Below are positions 1 through 10,875 of a stretch of 64,000 nucleotides of DNA, in pieces (the first letter of the stretch is position 1; each line of letters starts with the position of its first letter). The DNA comes from a virus (taxonomy: Duplodnaviria > Caudoviricetes). A program made the translations under genes and the position numbers. The stretch is taken from IMG/VR virus record IMGVR_UViG_3300047561_001367, positions 61,471-125,470 of that record; one strand, written 5' to 3'. The notes below the pieces were generated by a model that searched no databases, had not been told where the DNA came from, and saw only the letters and a program-made list of their open reading frames with translations.

Positions 1-480
1 AAAACTGGCGATGCTGTAGAAATTAAAAATTTTGTATACACTAAGGAACTCGTAGATCACTTATTTATAAATCATCGGATTCCATATAAATGGAGGGGGG
101 CTTGGAAATACTGGAATTTTAATTCTACTAATTCGTCAATGAACCTAGAACAGCATTTAAATTTAATAGAAGAAAATAGTAATTATAATTTATTCTTTAA
201 TGGCCAAAAACTAATCGAGGGTATCGATTATCCTTATGATGGACTTACTGGTAATTTATTAATTGTTAGTCGTGATTATGATTATAATAATATTACTTCT
301 GGGATATCTTCTATTTTATTAGACAATAATTTTTACGATCAAACTTCTGAGATTTATGTAAATGGTATTCGACAAACTTTTAATGAAGATTATATTGAAT
401 TAGGTGAATTTGATTTAAATACTGGAACGCTGTTTTTAGAAAATCAACCTGATTTTATATATAATAATACAGACTTATAG
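1..480 (+). CDS. C-terminal part of a probable virion structural protein (open from the window start)
   Basis: Frame 1 is open from base 1 (KTGDAVEIKNF...) through the tracked ORF 139..480; has 'LFFNGQKLIEGIDY' and 'IYVNGIRQ' beta-rich repeats typical of phage tail proteins. Confidence 0.7.
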   Translation, partial: KTGDAVEIKNFVYTKELVDHLFINHRIPYKWRGAWKYWNFNSTNSSMNLEQHLNLIEENSNYNLFFNGQKLIEGIDYPYDGLTGNLLIVSRDYDYNNITSGISSILLDNNFYDQTSEIYVNGIRQTFNEDYIELGEFDLNTGTLFLENQPDFIYNNTDL

Positions 481-484
481 AGTT

Positions 485-3412
485 ATGAGAACTATTGATG
501 TTAATAAAATACAGGGCGGTAATTTTTATGGAGGATTTCCATATAAAGTAAGCTGGCAGTTTGGAGGTTTAAAAGAACCGTCTCGATTAATTATAGAGGT
601 AGTAAATAAAGATGGAAATTATGGTACTCCAATTTTAAGTTTTACGGATGAAGTATCTATGACTATAGGAAGTTTTAAGTTTCAAGGGTACTTAATTAGT
701 TACGAATTAGATTCCACAGTACAGGAGAAAATTTTAAGATTAGAATATGTTGATAAAAGTGTTATTATGGATAGATGGTGGGTTGGATTGAATGGAATCC
801 ATGGTGATAAAAAAAATAATAAAACTTTTCAAAATATGATTATTGTAGGTAAGCAATATCATCCATGTGATGAAAATATGGATTCTTCAATCGAATATAC
901 AGAAGTACAACCAAAGATTGATGCGTGTGATCCATGTCCATATCTTCCACCAAATAAATATGATAACGCATGTAAGCCGGAACTAAAAGACATGGAAAAT
1001 TTTGCTACATATTATACTTTTAGTGATTTAATAAATCAGGTAAAAACTAAGGTTCCAGATTTAAATATTAAATATGATGCAACTAAAATATATATGTATA
1101 AAGCTCAGCATATTGGACCATTAAGGAGTGTGTTAGACTCTTGGGCTCAAGATTTGGGACTTTTGTATTTTTGGGATCCTTTTACAAAGGAGTTAAGTTT
1201 TAAAAATAGATCTATATTAGTTCCGCATGGTTTAACTTACGAAGATTTAAAATCAAATAAACAAGACGTTGTAGATGTTAAGTTTAAAAAAACATTAGAG
1301 GGTACATACTCTCGTGGTTTTATTGGATCATTAAGAATGCCAGGTGAAGAAAAGCAATATAGATGTGAAAATGAAACTGCGGAAGTACTAAAACCATTAA
1401 CTATTAATGATTTATATAATTTGCAAGATAATACTACCCCAACTAATGCTAGTGATATTACTGATATGGAGGCTATAGAAATTTCTACTGCTTTATCCTA
1501 TTATTCACAAGATTTACGAGATAGTTTTTTATGGTTTAAATACTATAATATAAAAAACCATACGGATTGCGAAAAATATATTGTAGATACCGGCTCTTCA
1601 TCTTCGTCTTCATCTTCTAGCGGTTCATCATCGTCTTCATCAAAATCGTCTTCCTCTTCATCTAAACAACAATCAAGTAGTAAATCTTCTCTGAAGAGAT
1701 CACCTTCAAATAATCAGTCTAAAGGTGGGGCAAAAGGTAATTCTTATGTTGGAAGTTCGCAACAATCAATAAATTCTCAAAATTTTCAAAAAAAACCTGG
1801 TTCATTATGGGGTTCGACTTCTGTTGGGCCTCAACCAAAATCTGATCCTTTAAATTTAGAATTATTTGGTTTTATGAAGATATTAGATGTCTACCATCCA
1901 AAAGGTACGCGTGATAAATCAAAATCAAATTTTTATAAGTGTCGTCGTTACATGAGTAAAGATCAAAAGAAAGCTGCAATGGGAAAAAATGGGACTCCAG
2001 ATGATCCAAAATATTATTTTTTTGTAGCCGAAAGTGATGAGGCGTCTTACCAGATGCTAACACAAATTGAACAAAAACGTGCTTCCGAATTTTTAGGTAT
2101 TTATTATTGGCGTTATTTTAACACAAGAGTTCCAGGAGCAAGTAATGCAAGTACTGAAGTTAAGGTAACTGGACCGCCAGATGATGGTGGGGGGCAATGG
2201 TTTAGGGCAAATGAAGCTTCTAATAATTTAGCACTATTTAAATTTGACCATACTAAAGATTCTTTAATTGGCGGCTTTTTAAAAGACTCCCTATCATCTG
2301 GAGCGCAGGAAAATGATGATAAAATGGCTACTCGTGAAGCTACTACATATACAGCAAATAATAGAACCCCAGACGATTTATTAACAAAGAGTATAATGAT
2401 TTGGAATAGAACCCCGAAATGGGTGCCAGAAAAAGATTTTGCAGATAAATGGTACCAAACATTATATGCATGGCATAAAGATCAAATACCAGCAAAATTT
2501 TCAAACAGTGACGGTCGCCCCGAGTTTTTAAAAAAAATTTATGCTGATGCAAGATGGAATCCAAATATTAGATTATATATAGTTAAAGAATTAGATGATT
2601 ATAAATTTAGCACTAAACAGGTTAAACATCCCAAAGAGCAAAAACATGGAAATTATTTAAAAAATCATGAGAATGGAGATGGTAGCTCTTTTAAAGAAAA
2701 TCGTGGTACTTGGGGGTTACAAAATACTACTACTGTAGAAATAACTATTCCAGGTATGGTAATCTCACCACCAGTGCAATCCTTTAGCAAAATAACTGAT
2801 GATATAGCACAAGCTTATACTGTAGATGGGCCTAATCAAAGTTATACGAAAGGCTATAGAGTTTGGCCCGAATGTTCATCAAATTTTAAAAAATTATTAC
2901 CAAAATTTGAATACACTAAAGGATATGATGCTGAAAATGCTGATAAGGTTCAATTTGTTCAATATAATGCCGTTGAAATTGCCGAGTCGAATTTGTCTCT
3001 ATTTAGTGACAAATGTGTTCCATCTGCGGATGATATAGACGAATACGTACAAGATGTTGGCTTATTAAGTAAATATAGCGTTACAGATGAAAAAGATATT
3101 ATTAATTTTAGAATGGCTGGCGTTTTTCCAGAGGAATATCATATTGAAAATGGATTATCTTCTGCATCAGTTGAAATTTCTGATAAAGGTTCTTACACAT
3201 CCTATGAATTTACAGATATGTATTTAGAACCGCCATCACAAACAGCTCTCGATCAAAGTTTTAGAAATAAACGTCTTGATATGCGTTTGAGCTATTTAAA
3301 TAACTTAATATCAGCTGGTGGCATAGCAGAGGGTAGTAATTATAAAAGTTTACAAAGAACGGATGAAAAGATAGGTAAAACTATGAGAAGCAATCTCTAC
3401 GGCAAATTTTAG
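485..3412 (+). CDS. Large putative tail/baseplate protein with a poly-Ser insert (975 aa)
   Basis: Long ORF in the structural operon; N-terminus resembles baseplate-hub-type beta modules; no specific family recognised. Confidence 0.55.
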   Translation: MRTIDVNKIQGGNFYGGFPYKVSWQFGGLKEPSRLIIEVVNKDGNYGTPILSFTDEVSMTIGSFKFQGYLISYELDSTVQEKILRLEYVDKSVIMDRWWVGLNGIHGDKKNNKTFQNMIIVGKQYHPCDENMDSSIEYTEVQPKIDACDPCPYLPPNKYDNACKPELKDMENFATYYTFSDLINQVKTKVPDLNIKYDATKIYMYKAQHIGPLRSVLDSWAQDLGLLYFWDPFTKELSFKNRSILVPHGLTYEDLKSNKQDVVDVKFKKTLEGTYSRGFIGSLRMPGEEKQYRCENETAEVLKPLTINDLYNLQDNTTPTNASDITDMEAIEISTALSYYSQDLRDSFLWFKYYNIKNHTDCEKYIVDTGSSSSSSSSSGSSSSSSKSSSSSSKQQSSSKSSLKRSPSNNQSKGGAKGNSYVGSSQQSINSQNFQKKPGSLWGSTSVGPQPKSDPLNLELFGFMKILDVYHPKGTRDKSKSNFYKCRRYMSKDQKKAAMGKNGTPDDPKYYFFVAESDEASYQMLTQIEQKRASEFLGIYYWRYFNTRVPGASNASTEVKVTGPPDDGGGQWFRANEASNNLALFKFDHTKDSLIGGFLKDSLSSGAQENDDKMATREATTYTANNRTPDDLLTKSIMIWNRTPKWVPEKDFADKWYQTLYAWHKDQIPAKFSNSDGRPEFLKKIYADARWNPNIRLYIVKELDDYKFSTKQVKHPKEQKHGNYLKNHENGDGSSFKENRGTWGLQNTTTVEITIPGMVISPPVQSFSKITDDIAQAYTVDGPNQSYTKGYRVWPECSSNFKKLLPKFEYTKGYDAENADKVQFVQYNAVEIAESNLSLFSDKCVPSADDIDEYVQDVGLLSKYSVTDEKDIINFRMAGVFPEEYHIENGLSSASVEISDKGSYTSYEFTDMYLEPPSQTALDQSFRNKRLDMRLSYLNNLISAGGIAEGSNYKSLQRTDEKIGKTMRSNLYGKF

Positions 3413-3425
3413 TGTAATTATGTAA

Positions 3426-6236
3426 ATGGTCATTTCAGGTTTAAGGTCAAAATCTATATATCCCCAAAATAAAATAAATTGGGCGGCAGACTTTAATTTT
3501 TTACCTAATACTGGAAATAATTCCTTTTCTTTTGGATTTTCCGGTGGTAATGAAAACTACTTGGAAGTTTTTAAATTAAAAAATAACAAAATTTATGATA
3601 AAGACGGCTTATTAATTAGCAATTACTCTAATAATATAAATACTAATTTTTCGGGAAATATCGCGGAATCTGGATATAGTTTATATAAGAACGGAACTTC
3701 TTTATTTGATAATAAATTTAAAAATTCGTTTCCAATATCTTCTTTTGTATTAAATACGGATGGAAGTTTTGTTAATTTTAATAATTTAAAAATTTTAGGT
3801 ACACGTCCCGAATTTTTTATTAGTTCCACTCCGACAGTTTTCTCTAATTTCCAAATTAATATTCCTATTGCTATTTATAATAATGGATTATCTCCTTTTT
3901 ATATTTATTCTGGATATACTTATAACACGAATTTTTCAGTTTTTATTCCAGAGCAAATTTTAGTTAACCCTTCTAGTTCTGGTGTTTTTAACCTTATTAA
4001 TAATAATTTATATGAAGGTACTGCTAATGTACCTATAACTCTTTATACAAATATTGGTAATCTTGATTTAACTGTCAATCTAAATGGATCCAAAAATAAT
4101 TTAAATAATGATATATATTATTATTCTTTTGGTCCCGAAGCGTATACGATAGACAATAATATTACTGGAAAATATGGTCTAAATTTTTATAGTAAAAGCG
4201 GGTCTAATGTTTCTATTAGTTTCACGTATATAAGCGGAACTACTGGAAGTTTTTATAAATTTTACCAGGTGTTAAATATTATTGAAAATATTCCAGTTAG
4301 TGGTATAATTTCGGGAACTGGATTTTTAAATTCAGATTTACAAATTGGTATTGTTGAAAAACTAAATTTACTAAATAATGAAATAGAAACTGGTCTTGGA
4401 TCAGGATATATAAATAAATATAAAATAGCCGAAGATCAAATTGTTTCATATGATTATCAAGCATTAGCGACTGGATTAGGAAATGGATATTTATTAACAA
4501 ATATACCGGCCAGTGGACATCAATCTAATATTAAATATTCTGGTTATTTAAGTTATCTTGGTGGTGTAGTTACTGGTTATGCATTTGGTAATATTACAGG
4601 CACAGTTCCAGACGCTAAAGCTGGATGGATATATAATGAATATGGTGATTTTTTACCACCAGTAATAAGTCAAAATGGTATTAATATTATTTGTAAATAT
4701 AGACCAGAATTATCTATATGTAATGTCGGTACTGAATCTAATAATTTTATTTATAAAAGGGAGAGTGGCTATGCGTCTGGTATTTCTACTTTTTATTCAC
4801 AATATACTGGTAAAATTTTTCTAGATTATTCACCGTCCGATTATAATGAAATTAATCTTAAATCTTCATTATTATTTGTAACTGGTAACTTTAGTGGTTT
4901 ATTTGATATTATTGGTGGAGCCTATGCGACTGGTGGTAGAATTAGTGGGAAAATTCTTGGAGATTTTGCTCAATATTTTGAGCCAGGTCTTTGGACTTTT
5001 TCTAAACCTTGGGGCGGAGCAATTACTGGTGAATCTTTTTTAACGTGGACAGGTACCGGATTTAACCCAATCACAGCTGAATATTTAACTGAAATTACAA
5101 CCGGATTATTTGTGGGGACTATTTCTAGCTCAGGATTTTTAAATTTTTGTAATCCAGAAATTCCACAAAATTTAACGGTATCAGGTATACCCAATTTTGT
5201 TAAGAAATTAGACTCAAAAGATAGAAGTATTTATTCCAATCAACTTGCGGCGCCATTCATTTTAACACCTAATTTATATTTTGAAGAGTCTAAATATGAA
5301 AATAGTAATTTTTTAATTACAGGTGGAGATGCACGTTTATATAATGAATACCCTTCTGGAGGGAGAACTAGAATTTCTAGACTTGGAAATACTCCGAGTG
5401 GTAGTGGAAAATTTGATAATTTATTTCAAATCACAGGTTTTACTGGGCTATATTTTCAATACACGGGAGAAAATGGTGAACTTTTATATCAAGATAAATT
5501 AGATAGTTTTGGACAAAAAATTCCTAAATATAGCAGTATATATCAATGTATGCCATTAACTGGATCTAATGGACTTCCAATTACTGGCGCTGATGGTAAT
5601 CCTATTACTGGTTCAGATGGAAATTTTGTTCCACAGCCGCTACTTACTTCAAATGGTACTCCAATATTAAGGCAAGTTATTGATACGAATGGTGATCCAA
5701 TTTATGATGAAAATGGTAACCCAGTAATAGATTACGTATGCCAACCATTCCTTGGTTTAGATGGCAAACCAGTATATTTACCACAAAAAGACGCAAATGG
5801 AAATATTATTTATGATAAAATTCCTATTGATGAATATATTGCAACTGGTTTTTGGGGTTGGAAAGAAACCCTTGAAGTTATTCCTAGTACTTACTACGAA
5901 ACTGGAATCCCGCCATCTATTCAAAATATTCAGGCAAAATGTTATCTAAGCGACTCATGTGATGTTTCTATTATTAATTTTATAGTTAAAAAGCCTACAT
6001 TTTATTTTTCGGGTGAGGATACATCTATTAATGAGACTTCTTTTACTGGATGTTTTAGTGGCTGGCCATTAAGAGTTTTTGAAAATATCACCTCTGGAAT
6101 AATTTTTGGATACGATTCATTTGCATCTGTAAGTGCGACTCCATATAATAAAATAAAAATAAATATATCTAACGACGGCTTAAGATATTTTAAATTTACT
6201 GGCATTGCTACATCAAGTAGTTCATCGTCTAATTAA
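3426..6236 (+). CDS. Putative virion structural protein (936 aa) with DxNGxP repeat insertion
   Basis: Long ORF rich in N/S/G/T; preceded by GTGTAA motif at 3412-3417. Confidence 0.6.
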   Translation: MVISGLRSKSIYPQNKINWAADFNFLPNTGNNSFSFGFSGGNENYLEVFKLKNNKIYDKDGLLISNYSNNINTNFSGNIAESGYSLYKNGTSLFDNKFKNSFPISSFVLNTDGSFVNFNNLKILGTRPEFFISSTPTVFSNFQINIPIAIYNNGLSPFYIYSGYTYNTNFSVFIPEQILVNPSSSGVFNLINNNLYEGTANVPITLYTNIGNLDLTVNLNGSKNNLNNDIYYYSFGPEAYTIDNNITGKYGLNFYSKSGSNVSISFTYISGTTGSFYKFYQVLNIIENIPVSGIISGTGFLNSDLQIGIVEKLNLLNNEIETGLGSGYINKYKIAEDQIVSYDYQALATGLGNGYLLTNIPASGHQSNIKYSGYLSYLGGVVTGYAFGNITGTVPDAKAGWIYNEYGDFLPPVISQNGINIICKYRPELSICNVGTESNNFIYKRESGYASGISTFYSQYTGKIFLDYSPSDYNEINLKSSLLFVTGNFSGLFDIIGGAYATGGRISGKILGDFAQYFEPGLWTFSKPWGGAITGESFLTWTGTGFNPITAEYLTEITTGLFVGTISSSGFLNFCNPEIPQNLTVSGIPNFVKKLDSKDRSIYSNQLAAPFILTPNLYFEESKYENSNFLITGGDARLYNEYPSGGRTRISRLGNTPSGSGKFDNLFQITGFTGLYFQYTGENGELLYQDKLDSFGQKIPKYSSIYQCMPLTGSNGLPITGADGNPITGSDGNFVPQPLLTSNGTPILRQVIDTNGDPIYDENGNPVIDYVCQPFLGLDGKPVYLPQKDANGNIIYDKIPIDEYIATGFWGWKETLEVIPSTYYETGIPPSIQNIQAKCYLSDSCDVSIINFIVKKPTFYFSGEDTSINETSFTGCFSGWPLRVFENITSGIIFGYDSFASVSATPYNKIKINISNDGLRYFKFTGIATSSSSSSN

Positions 6237-6304
6237 TATAAAATGTGTAAATATAAGAAATAAATTAATAATATGGAACTTTTTAGGAAAATAAAGGAAT
6301 AAGT

Positions 6305-9300
6305 ATGATTAAATGGAAATTATTTGATACTAATAGTAATCAGTGGAATGGGCCTGTAAATATTACAGATAATAAACTTACGATAAGGATGTCTCGGGCT
6401 ACTCATTATTATGTAGGCACTGGAGATTTTGGATACCCTGATTCATTAGCGTGGAATAGTCCATCTGTTTGGGATGGTCGTTATGAAAGGTATACCTACG
6501 GGGGCGGAGATATAACAGTTCCAAACACATATTTAGAACCAGAAGGCTATTATGGTAACTATGTAAATTATAAATTAAAAGAGACTACTAGGTTTTCTAA
6601 TGGTCTATTTGTGTTAGAGGCTCAACTTATTGATGTGGGAATTAATGATTGGAGACTCCCATTAATAGATAATATTACAAGCTCAAACCCACAAGTTTTA
6701 CGTTATTTTGGTTATCCAAATCCATATACAACTGATCTACAATATTTTTATTATGGTAGTTTTACATCTAATCCAAGTTTAAATCTACGTTTTAATCCAC
6801 TCACGAATGGTAACCAAACAGGCATTACTAATTTGAGTTTTTGGTATCAAGGAGTTTTAACCGGAACTTTAGAAGTAAAATATCTTCAATATGAATATAA
6901 ATTTAAAGGATTGGATGTTCCTAATAAAATTCAATATAGAGATACTTATAAAATATCTAATTTAATTTCATCTGATGTAGAGTCTGATAATATTTATAAA
7001 CGTCCAATTATGGTTTATTCCTCTAACCCTTCAATTTTTGAAGTAGAAGGGCGGGAGAGAAATAATACCATTAGTTATACGGAGTTTGTTCCGACTAAGA
7101 GTGAATGGACTATTTCTGGAGTATCTACTGGAACTGCAAATTTAATCATAATAAAACCTAGCGATTATTTTCATTTACCTACACAGAAGATTATTCCTAT
7201 AGAGATTTCAAAACGAAATCAAGACGCTAATTTTCAAATAAATCAAAAACCATATTTTTGCCCACCATGGAGAACTGGAGGGTATGATTTAAAATTAGTT
7301 GGTCAAAACGTAAATAATTTCATTTATTCATGTAATAGTGATAAAGTAACTATTACAAATAATGGACTTTTTTATATAAATCCTAATGCAACTACCGGTT
7401 CTTTTGTAATTACTGGTTCGAGTGTTGGTAATAATTTTTATAATGGATGGACGGGTTCAATAACTGGAGTCTTATTATCAGGTTTAGCGCCTTTATTATA
7501 CCCTAAAAGTAAATATACAAATTATTCTTGGTCGAATGGACGTTTATCTAGCACCGTATTAGAATATTATTTTGAATTTTTAACTGGAGATCGTTCTTTT
7601 TCATTCAATTCTAGTTTAGATGTTAATAATGCTCCTTGTAGTAACTATAGCCCAGCAACAACTTTTCTTTACCCTACTGATCCTTATTATGCACCCCCTT
7701 ATCCAATATATACATTACCTCCAATAGTCTATACAAGTTCGAACCCATCCGTTGCTACTATAAATATTACAGGATTAGCTACGTTTTTAAATACGGGTAC
7801 TACAACAATAACCGCCGCTTTTACTGGAAGTAATCAATTTATACCAATATCTAGAAGATTTGAACTAGCTATTGTTAAAATACCAATAATAATTAAAGAA
7901 ACTAATGGATATTATAATAAAAATATTGGTAGCGCCCCTTTCTCTTTAAAATCATCCGTAAATATTGATAGTAGTTTTGTAAATCGTCATCCGAATGCAT
8001 CTACTTTAATTTTTAAAAATTTATTATATAGAAGTTTAAATACTGATATTCTGACGGTTAGCCCTGATGGATTAGTTAATATTGTTGGCGCTGGAAGTAC
8101 AAATATAGAAATATATCAAGAAGAAACGTCGGATACTCTTTCAGCTAGTTTGATGGTACCAATAGCTGTTTCTAAAAATAATGCTGTTATTACCATCCCT
8201 AATCTTAATTATACTAAATTAGTTACTGATAGCACTTTTAATTTAAATGCTACATCTAATAATGATGAAGTATTTTTAGATTATACAAACTCTAATCCTA
8301 GTGTTATAAGTGTCAATTCTACCGGCTTAGTCACAATTCTTAAAGCTGGCACGTCAAATATTATAATTAGCCAAGGCAGTAATTCTAATTGGGATGCGGC
8401 CATTAATAAAACAGCAAATATAACAATAAATAAATTATCTAGCATTTTAAATTATCCAACAATTTCTGGTAAATTTTTAAATTCGCCGCCATTTAATTTA
8501 TCAGTTATTAGTAATAATAATGAACCAATTTATTATAAATCAAATAATTCTGGAATAGCAGCTGTAAATTCCACTGGTAACGTAATTATTTTTAATAGTG
8601 GCCAAACTACTATCGAAGTTTATCAAACTGGAAATAATATTTGGACCCCTACGTCTATAACTCAAAATTTAATAGTTGGAGGATTAGATTTACCGAAATT
8701 TATTACTGGAGAGAAGATTATTATTTCAAATAATGATAATTATAATGGCATATATTGGATAAGAGAAATTACTCCAGATGGTAAACACTATATAGAATGT
8801 TTACCTGATTGTCCATCTGAACCCGTAATAGATGCGACTTTATCAGGTCCAGAAATTTATTCAAATTTCGGCTGGTGTATTGATTTGAATAGAGATGGGA
8901 ATACTCTTGTTGTTGGGGCTCCAAAAGAAAACTACCAATTTAAAAGAAATGTTGGCTTTGTTTATGTTTACAACAGATATGGAGACTCAAATTCTTGGTA
9001 TTTGAATACAAAACTAAGTGGGGCTGCAGCAGTTAAAGATTTAAGAAATTTTGGAAATTTTGGACAAAGCATTGCCATTAATAGCGGTAATATCATCGCC
9101 ATAGGCACGCCGTTCTATAGGCCATCAAGCCAGGAATTTTTACCATTTAATGGGGGCTTAGGCGCAGTTAGAGTCTTTAATTTAAATAATGGTAACTGGA
9201 GTGGTCAAAATATTTTAAGTACACACTCGGGTTCTCAATTTGGATATTCTGTTGATATTAATGATAATGGAAATATATTAGCTATTGGCGCTCCATTTGA

Positions 9301-10873
9301 TACTTCCAATAATAATGTAACAGGGGGTAAAGTTTATATTTATACTGGATTTGTAGGTAATTGGTCATTAACAAAAATTTTGTCTGGACAAAATAACTAT
9401 GGACATTTTGGAAGTGCGGTTAAATTAAATAGTGGAAATAAATTATTAATTGGAGAAAATAATTTTACACATTTATATGATTTTACTGGTAATAATTGGA
9501 TATTTGAAAAAACTTTTTATAAATCTAGTGCTGATTTAAATTTAATAAATAATAATTTTAATGACTTTATTGATATTAATTTATCTGGAAATTACGTGTT
9601 AGTTGGATGTCCTTATCAAAATAAATATGGAACAACTACTTTATATAAAAAGCAAAATACTACATGGATTCAAGTCAAAACATTTACTGGCGATTCTAAT
9701 TATAATTATTTTGGAGCGAGTGTCGGACTAAATACAAATAAAAATATTATTGCTATTGGATCTCCGGACGAAAATCAAATTTATATATATACAGGGCAAA
9801 ATTTCCTTTTAAGCGGCAAAATTGGATATAATGAAAAAAATATAAGAACAAGTGACCTGTGCCCATCTTCATTTTCTGGAATGGGCAGCTCTATTGGTAT
9901 GCATGAAGACACTAATTTTGTAGCTTTTGGCGCTTATTTTTCACCTAATGATTATTCTAACTCTCAATCTTATGGAAATCCAGCTGGCAAAGTTTTCGTC
10001 TTAGAGGATTATCATTATAGTAGTAGTTCCTCGTCGAATAGTTCCTCGTCGAGTAGTTCGTCGTCGAGCAGTTCGTCATCTAGCAGCTTCTCTTCGAGCA
10101 GTTCCTCTTCGAGCAGTTCCTCTTCGAGCAGTTCCTCTTCAGAGTCTAGTAGTTCATCTTCAAATGGTAGTATGGGTAGCGGTGGTGAGGGCGAAGGTAT
10201 TGGTGATCCGCATTTACATTTCACTATGAATGCCGATAGATGCCCACAAACTGTTATCGCTGCTATTGATGATAATGGTTCACAAATTAACCGTATGCTA
10301 TATTTTTATGGAGAGGATGATAATGGTAACTGGTGTGCTATTAGTTATACTAATAAAGAAATATTAGATGGTAATCTTGCTGGCGCTTGTTTAATAGATA
10401 CTATATATTATCATGGAGATCTTCAAAATTTCGGTATTCAAATACTTTCAGAAAATCCATCTTTATTAAGAATTTCTATTGCAGATTTTTCAATATTTAA
10501 AAATATTGGTGGATTATGGGGTAAGGTTTTAAAATATGTACAAAATACCTCATATGCATTTTATAGTAGTACGGGACCTAATGAAAGAGGCGTTGATCAA
10601 TTATGTAGTCGTGAACAACTAGAACTTGCCGCTGAAGAAATAATTGTATTTGAAAATAATCAATTTGCACCAATAACTAATCTTCAAGAAACATTAGTGA
10701 GTCGATCAGACATAAATACCGTACAAAGTATTATTAATGACCCATTATTTCCTATGGGTTATTATCCAGATATTTGTGGATCTTTACCAGCATATCCTTG
10801 GGATCCATATGCTGATCCTGATTACGAGCAAACTAATATGTCTGATATTATGTTAAAAGTAATAAATAATTAA
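6305..10873 (+). CDS. Tail fibre/adhesin-like protein: Ig-like (Big_2-type) repeats, FG-GAP beta-propeller, poly-Ser linker, C-terminal GDPH/VWD-like domain
   Basis: Repeats YTSSNPSVATI..G, FG.SV.I....LAIGAP, about 45 Ser, then GDPH. Confidence 0.75.
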   Translation: MIKWKLFDTNSNQWNGPVNITDNKLTIRMSRATHYYVGTGDFGYPDSLAWNSPSVWDGRYERYTYGGGDITVPNTYLEPEGYYGNYVNYKLKETTRFSNGLFVLEAQLIDVGINDWRLPLIDNITSSNPQVLRYFGYPNPYTTDLQYFYYGSFTSNPSLNLRFNPLTNGNQTGITNLSFWYQGVLTGTLEVKYLQYEYKFKGLDVPNKIQYRDTYKISNLISSDVESDNIYKRPIMVYSSNPSIFEVEGRERNNTISYTEFVPTKSEWTISGVSTGTANLIIIKPSDYFHLPTQKIIPIEISKRNQDANFQINQKPYFCPPWRTGGYDLKLVGQNVNNFIYSCNSDKVTITNNGLFYINPNATTGSFVITGSSVGNNFYNGWTGSITGVLLSGLAPLLYPKSKYTNYSWSNGRLSSTVLEYYFEFLTGDRSFSFNSSLDVNNAPCSNYSPATTFLYPTDPYYAPPYPIYTLPPIVYTSSNPSVATINITGLATFLNTGTTTITAAFTGSNQFIPISRRFELAIVKIPIIIKETNGYYNKNIGSAPFSLKSSVNIDSSFVNRHPNASTLIFKNLLYRSLNTDILTVSPDGLVNIVGAGSTNIEIYQEETSDTLSASLMVPIAVSKNNAVITIPNLNYTKLVTDSTFNLNATSNNDEVFLDYTNSNPSVISVNSTGLVTILKAGTSNIIISQGSNSNWDAAINKTANITINKLSSILNYPTISGKFLNSPPFNLSVISNNNEPIYYKSNNSGIAAVNSTGNVIIFNSGQTTIEVYQTGNNIWTPTSITQNLIVGGLDLPKFITGEKIIISNNDNYNGIYWIREITPDGKHYIECLPDCPSEPVIDATLSGPEIYSNFGWCIDLNRDGNTLVVGAPKENYQFKRNVGFVYVYNRYGDSNSWYLNTKLSGAAAVKDLRNFGNFGQSIAINSGNIIAIGTPFYRPSSQEFLPFNGGLGAVRVFNLNNGNWSGQNILSTHSGSQFGYSVDINDNGNILAIGAPFDTSNNNVTGGKVYIYTGFVGNWSLTKILSGQNNYGHFGSAVKLNSGNKLLIGENNFTHLYDFTGNNWIFEKTFYKSSADLNLINNNFNDFIDINLSGNYVLVGCPYQNKYGTTTLYKKQNTTWIQVKTFTGDSNYNYFGASVGLNTNKNIIAIGSPDENQIYIYTGQNFLLSGKIGYNEKNIRTSDLCPSSFSGMGSSIGMHEDTNFVAFGAYFSPNDYSNSQSYGNPAGKVFVLEDYHYSSSSSSNSSSSSSSSSSSSSSSSFSSSSSSSSSSSSSSSSSESSSSSSNGSMGSGGEGEGIGDPHLHFTMNADRCPQTVIAAIDDNGSQINRMLYFYGEDDNGNWCAISYTNKEILDGNLAGACLIDTIYYHGDLQNFGIQILSENPSLLRISIADFSIFKNIGGLWGKVLKYVQNTSYAFYSSTGPNERGVDQLCSREQLELAAEEIIVFENNQFAPITNLQETLVSRSDINTVQSIINDPLFPMGYYPDICGSLPAYPWDPYADPDYEQTNMSDIMLKVINN
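10022..10141 (+). repeat. Eight degenerate 15-bp tandem units encoding poly-Ser
   Basis: Consensus AGYAGTTCCTCNTCG. Confidence 0.85.
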
Positions 10874-10875
10874 AA

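Noticed and set aside
10022-10141. Tandem repeats as a CRISPR array
   Set aside because: No spacers; in-frame Ser codons inside a CDS
10015-10224. Minus-strand ORF with EEELL repeats
   Set aside because: Antisense translation of the poly-Ser repeat
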